24,000 nucleotides of DNA, taken from assembly GCA_036705045.1 (NCBI GenBank), contig JAUBTR010000001.1; one strand, 5' to 3'. Source of the DNA: Microcoleus sp. BR0-C5. Its GTDB lineage: Bacteria; Cyanobacteriota; Cyanobacteriia; Cyanobacteriales; Microcoleaceae. Positions 15,401 through 21,870 of the stretch are shown here, piece after piece (the stretch's first letter is position 1; every line of letters starts with the position of its first letter). The notes beneath the pieces were generated by a model that saw nothing but the letters and a program-made list of their open reading frames with translations, did not search any database and was not told where the DNA came from. Both the position numbers and the translations under genes were made by a program.

Positions 15401-17972
15401 ACCGCGACAGTTCGCTGCATACCCTGAAAGCCGACCTAAGAAAACCGACAACCTAGACTTAATTTTAGACATTTTAGTTGGTCACGGTTTGCTATTTCTG
15501 CTACGGGAAGCGCCCGAAGACCGCTATCAATTGGTACACGACTATTTAGTGCGACCTATCCGCCAAAGATTCGGCTTAGAAGCCAGACTGCACAAAGCAG
15601 AAGCAGACAAAAAAATGAGTCAAGCACAGCTCTACCGAGCCAATACTTTTCTCAAACAACTGCTGGGATTAGCAGTGATCGGCGTCATGCTGCTAACCAG
15701 TTCCACCATCGCCGCCGTAAATTTTTGGTGGCGGGCTGTGGGTCAAAAACAGCTAGCTGTCGCTCAAACTCAGCGAGCCGAAATCAGTACCCTGACAGCC
15801 GCTTCGGAAGCACTTTATTTCTCAAACAACAAATTTGACGCCATGATGGAAAGTTTGAGAGCTGGTAAAAAGTGGAAACAGATCGAACACTCCCAACAAA
15901 TGTATACTCTTAAAGATACCGAAATTCTGATTTCTGCCGCCCTCCAGCAGGCAGTTTATGGAGTCAAAGAACGCAACCGCTTGGAAGGACACGGTGATGT
16001 AGTTTGGGGTCTTAGCTTCAGTCCAGACGGCGAAACAATAGCTTCTTCCAGTGTAGATAAAACCGTCAAACTTTGGCGGCGCGACGGCAGTTTGCTGGCA
16101 ACTTTCAAAGACCACACTAACAGTGTCTCCTCTGTCGCGTTCAGTCCCGATAACAAAACCATAGCCTCGGCAAGTTTAGATAAAACTGTCAAAATTTGGC
16201 AAACTGACGGCAGTTTGCTGGCTACTTTCAAAGGCCATACTAATAGCGTTACCAGCGTTGCTTTTAGTTCGGACGGTCAAACGCTCGCCACTGGATCTAC
16301 AGACAAAACTATCAAACTTTGGAAAACCGATGGCACGCTGCTGCGAACGATCGAACAATTTGCTCCCGTAAATTGGCTAAGCTTCAGCCGCGACGGCAAA
16401 ATAATAGCTGTGGCGAGCGATGACGGTACTGTGAAACTGTGGAGTTCTGACGGTAAGTTAATCGCTAATTTGTGGCACAGCGAAAACAGACAACCCTCGA
16501 AAATTTACACCGTCAGTTTCTCCCCCGATGGTGAAACGATCGCCAGTGCGGGTGAAGATAAAACGGTGAAAATCTGGAGCCTCGCTGCACTCAAACACCC
16601 AGCAACAGAAAATTCAACACAAGCAAAAAAAGGTGAACTGCTAACAACTTTGCGGGGACACAGCAAGTGGGTATTTGGTGTCAGTTTCTCCCCCGATGGT
16701 CAAACACTTGCTTCGGGAAGTGCAGACGGGACTGTCAAACTCTGGAGTCTTGCTGGTGTTGGCGACAAACGCCCAACCGATGCTAGCAACATTAAACCAG
16801 AGAGTCGCTTACTGAGAACTTTTGAGGGACACGCCGATCGAGTTACTCAGGTGAGTTTTAGCCCGGAAGGCAAAACCTTGGCTTCGGCAAGTTTTGACAA
16901 AACTATCAGGCTGTGGCGACTCGATGACGTGCCGCTCAAAACCCTCGACGGACACCAAAACCGGGTGCAAGGCGTGAGTTTTAGCCCCGACGGCCAAAGG
17001 CTGGCTTCTGCTTCTACGGACAACACTATCAAACTCTGGAGCCGCACGGGGGTTTTGCTGGAAACCTTGGAAGGACACACTCAGAGAGTCGCCAGCGTCA
17101 GTTTCAGCCCCGACGGCCAGCTACTTGCTTCTGGGAGTTACGACAAAACGGTGAAAGTCTGGAGTTTGACAGAAGATGGCATGAATAATATTCTCCCTTG
17201 TCCTTCGGCTCCCCTATTCCCGTGTTCGCCTTCTGTGCTGTTCACTATCGACGGCCACGCCGACAGCGTGATGAGCGTGAGTTTTAGCCCCGACAGCGAG
17301 GTTCTGGCAACGGCTAGCAAGGATAAGACTGTGAAACTCTGGACTAGAAACGGCAGGTTGATTAAGACTTTGACGGGACACACTGGCTGGGTAACTGGGG
17401 TGACTTTCAGTCCCGACGGCTCGATGCTGGCTTCTGCAAGCGATGATGGTACTCTCAAACTCTGGAATCGGGACGGTCGTTTGCTAAGAACGTTTGAAGG
17501 AGCTCACAACAGTTTTGTGTTGGGGGTTGCTTTTAGCCCTGATGGCAAAATGCTGGCTTCGGCTGGTTACGACAATTCGGTGAAATTGTGGAAGGTAGAT
17601 GGGACTTTGGTGGCGACGCTGCTGAAGGGTTCTAGCGACAGCGTGACTAGCGTTGCTTTTAGCCCGGATGGTTTGTTGGTTGCTTCGGGTAGTTACGATC
17701 ATAAGGTGAAACTGTGGAGCCGCAGCGGGACTTTGCTGAAAACTTTGACGGGTCACAAGGATAGCGTGATGAGTGTGAGTTTTAGCCCGGATGGGAAGGT
17801 TCTGGCTTCTGCTGGCCGGGATAATCGGGTGATTTTGTGGAATTTGGATCTTGATGATTTGCTGGTCAGGGGCTGTGACTGGGTGGGAGATTATCTGAGA
17901 ACTAATCCTAATGTGAGCGATCGCGATCGGCTTCTCTGTGAGGGGGTTGGGGCAAAACCAAATCGATTTTAG
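12498..17972 (+). CDS. Giant STAND protein: unassigned N-terminal module, helical (TPR-like) repeats, nSTAND1-like P-loop NTPase, one hydrophobic helix and 14 WD40 repeats
   Basis: 1824 aa with AAGAGG about 8 nt upstream of the ATG. Walker A is IIHGPSGVGKSSLVNAGLVPAL (about aa 646, nt 14433-14459) and Walker B is VLIFDQFEEFF (about nt 14748-14771). Also present are ILCLREDYL, PIELQVVGAQL and a winged-helix-like RYQLVHDYLVRPI. The hydrophobic helix is LLGLAVIGVMLLTSSTIAAVNFWW (about 15661-15735). Fourteen GH..V..V.FSPDG..LAS.S.D.TVKLW units span 15981 to about 17850, followed by the typical tail LDLDDLLVRGCDWVGDYL. Confidence 0.9.
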   Translation: MTDLIKVQETANYNERSLKTLVRSITMSQHQFSLILVRCNYEQLRQQIAQRLREVSPVPIQDLVLPPSVKTLYTTLLSSTFHEGYSPVGAASALMVFGLETVVAIDELMASTNQVRDEFRKNFSCPVILWVTDDIVTKMIRLAPDFKSWAAATIKFEMGVDELINFLARRADTIFKIGELNQELASSNVSTIANCETCETQCEKRGLEREISPGERFLTFNSEPQNRRQSDIHSYSPLSPGNTFDLAIGSLPRRELELALRDLQNRGEELEPALKASLQFVLGRDYYVSDQTETALIHYQESLVFWQQKTGHWELEKLEHSENPETFSSLSNPVPKILFLEREGIVLFHIALCHRLQAARNPVANRHHWEQAWICLEQSRNAFSLASRLELVAEVTAHLGEVLQRLKAWGELQALAENSLQLHFTYGTPSQLAQDYGFLAEVALQESRWSQARQLAELALAILDQTPNDLRLLIEDLRLGFEGNYPEFVGPNESSNELKSKIQHPKSDRSSYLLLLARSLRQLGQWEAAVHSLELAQSQSEPKYDPRLYIDILTELQAVYFEQGEYLKAFRIKKTQRSIEYQYGFRAFIGASQLQQQRQAVNPSGPSAQNQAALAASMTAYSRQTDINSLLERISRDDHKLTIIHGPSGVGKSSLVNAGLVPALKNITPGARDTLPVLVKVYTDWLVELENALNSALYDKQAEEESKLISKGLQEIHKKSCSVIPARSSEVSSFIIEQLRENATNNLLTVLIFDQFEEFFFVSTSVAQRQLFYNFLRLFLNLPYVKIILCLREDYLHYLLDCDRFPNLDAINNNILDKSIRYQLRSFSIKDARAVIGHLTERAEFYLEPALIDAFVEDLADELQEVRPIELQVVGAQLQEEGITSLAQYQQLGDNPKAELVKRSLERVISDCGPVNEDAAWKILFSLTDERGVRLIKTKHELSLVTGQQPADARETELSAIGRNRISLPRQFAAYPESRPKKTDNLDLILDILVGHGLLFLLREAPEDRYQLVHDYLVRPIRQRFGLEARLHKAEADKKMSQAQLYRANTFLKQLLGLAVIGVMLLTSSTIAAVNFWWRAVGQKQLAVAQTQRAEISTLTAASEALYFSNNKFDAMMESLRAGKKWKQIEHSQQMYTLKDTEILISAALQQAVYGVKERNRLEGHGDVVWGLSFSPDGETIASSSVDKTVKLWRRDGSLLATFKDHTNSVSSVAFSPDNKTIASASLDKTVKIWQTDGSLLATFKGHTNSVTSVAFSSDGQTLATGSTDKTIKLWKTDGTLLRTIEQFAPVNWLSFSRDGKIIAVASDDGTVKLWSSDGKLIANLWHSENRQPSKIYTVSFSPDGETIASAGEDKTVKIWSLAALKHPATENSTQAKKGELLTTLRGHSKWVFGVSFSPDGQTLASGSADGTVKLWSLAGVGDKRPTDASNIKPESRLLRTFEGHADRVTQVSFSPEGKTLASASFDKTIRLWRLDDVPLKTLDGHQNRVQGVSFSPDGQRLASASTDNTIKLWSRTGVLLETLEGHTQRVASVSFSPDGQLLASGSYDKTVKVWSLTEDGMNNILPCPSAPLFPCSPSVLFTIDGHADSVMSVSFSPDSEVLATASKDKTVKLWTRNGRLIKTLTGHTGWVTGVTFSPDGSMLASASDDGTLKLWNRDGRLLRTFEGAHNSFVLGVAFSPDGKMLASAGYDNSVKLWKVDGTLVATLLKGSSDSVTSVAFSPDGLLVASGSYDHKVKLWSRSGTLLKTLTGHKDSVMSVSFSPDGKVLASAGRDNRVILWNLDLDDLLVRGCDWVGDYLRTNPNVSDRDRLLCEGVGAKPNRF

Positions 17973-18091
17973 ATTTTAGATTGGGGGATTCAGTCGATTT
18001 TAGATTTTAGATTGGGGGATTCAGTCGATTTTAGATTTTAGATTTTAGATTTTAGATTGGGGGATTCAGTCGATTTTAGATTTTAGATCTT
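17964..18091 (+). repeat. 31-bp tandem repeat (about 3.5 copies) overlapping the stop codon of the giant gene
   Basis: The unit TCGATTTTAGATTTTAGATTGGGGGATTCAG starts at 17964 and 17995. The copy at 18026 has two extra ATTTTAG heptamers. A partial copy starts at 18071. Confidence 0.9.
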
Positions 18092-18110
18092 ACCGAAAAA
18101 TAGGGTCTAA

Positions 18111-18143
18111 AGCCTCGTCCTTCGCTTGACGGCTTTTTTTTTA
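18111..18143 (+). terminator. Candidate intrinsic terminator after the giant gene
   Basis: AGCC(TC)GTC, loop CTTCGCTT, then GACGGCT, followed by a T9 run at 18135-18143. The stem is short and bulged, and this could instead belong to the left end of the adjacent IS. Confidence 0.45.
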
Positions 18144-18298
18144 TCTTAAGGCTTCTAATAAGCTCCCTTAGAGCATCTGATTTCGATATCCCGGGTGATT
18201 CGCAGTAAGATTCTAGCTTCTCAAACTATTCATCATTCAGCCTAAAAAATACGCTTTCTTTTATGGAAAAGTATATCTATATGAGCTACAATAATAGC

Positions 18299-19433
18299 AT
18301 GAAAACCTTGAAGTTTAAGCTATATCAAAGCAAGCGGAATAGACACCTCAAGCGAAGTATCAATGCTGCCGGGGTGATCTACAACCATTGCATTGCACTC
18401 CATAAACGGTACTACCGGATGTGGGGAAAGCATTTGACTTGTGCAAAACTTCAATCGCATATTGCCAAACACAGAAAGCGTAAAGCGTTCTGGCAAACGG
18501 TCGGCTCTCAAGCTGTGCAGGATATCTGCCAACGCATCTCGATCGCCTACCAACTGTTTTTTAAGCATCACAAGAAAGGAGTTAGACCGCCCGGATTCAA
18601 GAAAGTTCGCAAATACAAATCGTTCACTCTCAAGCAAGCTGGCTACAAATTCTTAGGCGGCAATCGAATTAAGATTGGGAATCGCGTTTATCAGTATTGG
18701 AATTCCAGAGAGATAGAGGGGACGGTCAAGACGTTAACCATTAAACGCACGACATTAGGAGAGCTATTTATGGTTGTGGTCGTTGACAGCGTTGAAGAAC
18801 CTGAAACCAAAGTCGAGACGAGTAGAATCGCTGGCTTTGATTGCGGCTTAAAAACGTTTCTCACCTGCTCAGATGGAACGAAAATCGAATCACCGCAATT
18901 TCTGAAACAGTCCCTCAACGCTATTAAGAAAGCAAATCGTCAGCATTCCAAAAAACGGAAAGGCTCAGCGAACCGGGAAAGAGCAAGACTCAATCTAGTT
19001 CGCAAGTACTCCTGACGTAGTGAATCGTCGCTCTGATTGGTTCTGGAAATTGGCTCACGAACTAACTGATAAGTTCGACGTGCTGTGCTTTGAGACGTTG
19101 AATCTAAAAGGAATGCAACGACTTTGGGGACGTAAAATCTCAGACCTTGCATGCGGCGAATTTCTCCAAGTTCTCGAATGGGTTGCCAAGAAAAAAAATA
19201 AGCAGGTGATCTTTATTGATCAGTGGTATCCATCATCGAAGACTTGCAATCATTGTGGACACGTCCTACAAAAGTTGGATGTGAATACGAGAGAATGGCG
19301 ATGTCCGTCCTGTCAGAACGTGAACGACAGAGACGAGAATACAGCTAAGAATAACTTGCTTGTTTTCCTTGGTGGGGCATCAACCGTTAAGTTAGGCGAT
19401 GTTAGACAGGCTAGGCCTGCAATCGCTGTCTGA
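18299..19433 (+). pseudogene. tnpB: TnpB (IS200/IS605 family, unrelated to the first copy) disrupted by a 1-nt frameshift near 19005-19013
   Basis: Two ORFs in different frames (18263/18299-19015 and 19020-19433) together give a full TnpB. It starts MKTLKFKLYQSKRNRHLKR. RuvC contexts are GFDCGLKTF, CFETLNLKGM and DRDENTAKNN, with zinc finger CNHCGH...CPSCQ. Deleting one nt around 19010 restores ...RKYPDVVNRRSDWF. Confidence 0.85.
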
Positions 19434-19475
19434 GCTTAGAATCCCCCGTGCTTCAGCCGGGGGAGTATGTCAATC
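19434..19475 (+). ncRNA. Putative 3' stem-loop of the TnpB-associated omega RNA / right end
   Basis: TCCCCCG, loop TGCTTCAGC, then CGGGGGA (19442-19464), followed by GTATGTCAAT directly after the tnpB stop. Its position matches where omega RNA scaffolds end in characterised TnpB elements. The exact boundary is not determined. Confidence 0.35.
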
Positions 19476-19501
19476 ACCCCCTTGAGGATCTCGATCGCTA
19501 A

Positions 19502-19562
19502 TTTCTCCCCCCTTCCCCCCTTCCCCCTCTCCCCCTCCCCCCTCTCCCCCTCCCCCTTTCTC
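19502..19562. repeat. 61-nt pure polypyrimidine (C-run) tract
   Basis: TTTCTCCCCCCTTCCCCCCTTCCCCCTCTCCCCCTCCCCCCTCTCCCCCTCCCCCTTTCTC. The complementary strand carries at least 8 G-runs of 5-6. Confidence 0.9.
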
Positions 19563-19698
19563 AAAAACTATTTTTTCCTTCCCCTTGCTCTCGGCTTCCT
19601 GTAAAGTAAATAATTGTAAAGAAATATGAGTTTTCTCTTATCCTCTGGTTAAGACCGCCAGCTAGCATTCACAATTAAGACCCGGATTATAAGTTCCT

Positions 19699-20505
19699 AT
19701 GTCACAGCTTTTCCCGCGAAAATTTCTAGCCTCTGTTGCCGCATTTTTTCTGGCTTTGTCCGTGTGGACGATCGCACCTGCGGCCCACGCTTTCAATAAT
19801 CCCGATTTGTTGCCGTCAACTCAGACGCCGATCATTGATTTAGCTAAAGCCCTCACAGATATTGAAGAACAAAGTTTGGCAAAAAATTTAAAGGCATTTG
19901 AAGCCGAAACCGGCTGGAAACTGCGAGTGCTGACTCAGTACGATCGCACGCCCGGTTTGGCTGTCAAAAGCTATTGGGGGCTAGATGACAAGAGTGTGTT
20001 ATTAGTTGCTGACCCGCGAGGGGGCAATTTGCTCAATTTTAATGTGGGCGACTCGCTGTATCCGCTGCTGCCGCGCACTTTTTGGGTGGAACTGCAAACC
20101 CGCTACGGTAATCAATTTTTTGTGCGGGACAATGGCGAAGATCGAGCGATTATTGAATCTTTGGAGTCGATAGAAGGCTGTTTGCGTCAGGGCGGATGCC
20201 GCGTGGTTCCTGGTTTGCCGAGGGAACAGTGGGTTCTGACGTTAATTACGTCGGTGGTTGGCGGCGTCATCTGCGGGTTTGCCGCTCAGCCTCGGAAGCC
20301 GGGACAGGTTGTGGCTTGGCAGTGGGCGCTGATTTTTTCGCCGCTGTGGGGCATTCTGTTTTTCGCTTTCGGACTTGGGCCGGTGGTGACTCGGACTTCT
20401 GACTGGTTGCCTTTGGTTCGGAATGTGGCCGGTTTTGCGATCGGAGCTTTGGTGGCATTCCTGACTCCGGTGTTGGGCAAATCTTCTTCGTCGTCGGAAA
20501 CTTAG
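19699..20505 (+). CDS. TPM-domain protein with signal peptide and C-terminal TM helices (Psb32/TLP18.3-like)
   Basis: 268 aa. The signal peptide ends in APAAHA. A TPM-like core follows (IIDLAKALTDIEEQSLAKNLKAFEAETGWKLRVLT...VLLVADPRGG). Hydrophobic C-terminal helices are present. The Psb32 assignment is tentative. Confidence 0.6.
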   Translation: MSQLFPRKFLASVAAFFLALSVWTIAPAAHAFNNPDLLPSTQTPIIDLAKALTDIEEQSLAKNLKAFEAETGWKLRVLTQYDRTPGLAVKSYWGLDDKSVLLVADPRGGNLLNFNVGDSLYPLLPRTFWVELQTRYGNQFFVRDNGEDRAIIESLESIEGCLRQGGCRVVPGLPREQWVLTLITSVVGGVICGFAAQPRKPGQVVAWQWALIFSPLWGILFFAFGLGPVVTRTSDWLPLVRNVAGFAIGALVAFLTPVLGKSSSSSET

Positions 20506-20547
20506 TCAACAGCCAACAGCCAACAGTCAACAGTCAACAGTCAACAA
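20506..20547 (+). repeat. STRR-type heptamer tandem repeat (CAACAGT family) x6
   Basis: TCAACAG CCAACAG CCAACAG TCAACAG TCAACAG TCAACAA begins on the nucleotide after the TAG stop of the TPM gene. Confidence 0.9.
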
Positions 20548-20605
20548 ATGACTAAAAGCTGGTAAGCTGATACCTGACAACTCACAGGCGACAGCTATCC
20601 AACAA

Positions 20606-21229
20606 ATGGAATGGCACGTAAGCGATGCCCAGAGTCTGGGATTAATCGATAACGAAATTGGCGACCACGGTTTTTCAGCGGCGGAGTACGAAATAGTCCG
20701 CCGCGTGATTTATGCGACTGCTGATTTTGAGTACAAGTCTTTAATTAGTTTTTCCGATCAGGCTTTGCAGGCTGGGGCGGCAGCTTTGGCTGCTCGGACT
20801 ACGATCGTGGTAGATGTGCCGATGGTGCAGGTGGGCATTACGCCCTTGATCCAAAGTACCTTTGCGAATCCGGTTTACTGTTCGATGGAGGCTTTGACAC
20901 GCCCCCAAAAGGAAAGGACGCGGGCGGCTTGGGGGATTGAAACTTTGGCAAGACGCTATCCTGAAGGGATTTTTGTGGTGGGCCAGGCTCAAACTGCTTT
21001 GTCGGCGATCGTAGATTTGATTGAATCTGAGGAAATTCGGCCGGCTTTGGTGATTGGCACTCCTTCTGGGTTTGTGGGGGTTGACGTGGCTAAGTCGCGG
21101 CTGCACGATTCGATGATTCCTCACATTCGGATTGAGGGCCGCAAGGGCTCTGCCGTGGTAGCTGTGGCTATTGTTAACGGGCTGGTAGATTTGGCTTGGC
21201 AAGCTTACGGCCAAGAGGGGAACAGTTAA
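20606..21229 (+). CDS. cobH: Precorrin-8X methylmutase (CobH/CbiC)
   Basis: 207 aa. EYEIVRRVIYATADFEY, IVVDVPMVQVGI, VVGQAQTAL and VIGTPSGFVGV fit the CbiC/CobH family pattern. Confidence 0.85.
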   Translation: MEWHVSDAQSLGLIDNEIGDHGFSAAEYEIVRRVIYATADFEYKSLISFSDQALQAGAAALAARTTIVVDVPMVQVGITPLIQSTFANPVYCSMEALTRPQKERTRAAWGIETLARRYPEGIFVVGQAQTALSAIVDLIESEEIRPALVIGTPSGFVGVDVAKSRLHDSMIPHIRIEGRKGSAVVAVAIVNGLVDLAWQAYGQEGNS

Positions 21230-21233
21230 TCGA

Positions 21234-21268
21234 GAAGTCAGCAGTCATTAGTCATTAGTTATTAGTCG
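21234..21268. repeat. Heptamer tandem repeat (GTCATTA/TTAGTCA family) x5
   Basis: GAAGTCA GCAGTCA TTAGTCA TTAGTTA TTAGTCG. It starts 5 nt after the cobH stop and overlaps the last codons (LITND*) of the convergent DUF2442 gene. Confidence 0.85.
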
Positions 21269-21580
21269 TTCTGGATTATTTCGATCAGTCTTGCGGTTAA
21301 TTAACCAACTTTCAAACGATCGTTGACTTTCACTGCTGCGTCGGCCGGCTAGCAAACCTTCAACTCCAATATGTTCGTCTAAATCAACCCATTCAATGGC
21401 ATAACCATCTCCAAGTAGCTGCCAATTATGTCTTTCCTCCGGGGTACCGTCCAACAAACGGGGATACCAAGCTAAGGGCACGCTCAAACTGCGACCATCA
21501 ACTAAGTCCACAATTACTTTTTCATCTGTCACCGTGACTTTAATTACGAGGGGTTCTGTTTCAAGGATCAAAGTAGTCAT
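21248..21580 (-). CDS. DUF2442-family small protein
   Basis: MTTLILETEPLVIKVTVTDEKVIVDLVDGRSLSVPLAWYPRLLDGTPEERHNWQLLGDGYAIEWVDLDEHI. I prefer the internal ATG at 21580 to the ORF-track start at 21607. It overlaps the upstream gene by 20 nt. Confidence 0.7.
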   Translation of the reverse strand: MTTLILETEPLVIKVTVTDEKVIVDLVDGRSLSVPLAWYPRLLDGTPEERHNWQLLGDGYAIEWVDLDEHIGVEGLLAGRRSSESQRSFESWLINRKTDRNNPERLITND

Positions 21581-21797
21581 GCCAAGCCTCCAACAATATT
21601 TGTTCATATTCCTCTACAAGACGAGCAATCTGGTTTAATTCATGCTCTTTGAAGCCTCGATTTTTTTCTAGAGATACAGGATTCATCCAAAATTTGGCAA
21701 GTTGCCGATCGCGCTTAACATGAATGTGGGCTGGTTCGCCTGGATCGGAACTAAAAAAGATGAAACTGTAGGGGCCAACCTGAAGAACCGTAGGCAT
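21561..21797 (-). CDS. DUF4160-family small protein
   Basis: 78 aa. MPTVLQVGPYSFIFFSSDPGEPAHIHVKRDRQLAKFWMNPV is typical of DUF4160. The stop lies inside the start region of the DUF2442 gene (…CAT GAC TAC TTT GAT CCT TGA). Confidence 0.7.
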   Translation of the reverse strand: MPTVLQVGPYSFIFFSSDPGEPAHIHVKRDRQLAKFWMNPVSLEKNRGFKEHELNQIARLVEEYEQILLEAWHDYFDP

Positions 21798-21870
21798 TAG
21801 CTGCTATAAGAGTGAATTTTGTCCTAAGTTTAACTTGCGATCGCTCTTAAATTTGTCCCTACTATCCATA

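Noticed and set aside
15822-17756. Multiple 60-106 aa minus-strand ORFs inside the WD40 region
   Set aside because: They are antisense frames kept open by the repetitive codon pattern of the WD40 units. They recur with the repeat period and have no independent signals.
8114-19433. Composite transposon carrying ftsQ and the STAND locus between the two TnpB genes
   Set aside because: The two TnpB proteins are clearly different sequences on opposite strands. Neither has a tnpA, and IS200/IS605 elements do not form classical composite transposons. ftsQ also lies between them. Proximity is noted but no mobilisation unit is supported.
20741-21214. 157-aa minus-strand ORF opposite cobH
   Set aside because: It is an antisense shadow ORF with low-complexity His/Arg/Ser/Pro-rich composition, and the cobH motifs on the + strand are convincing.
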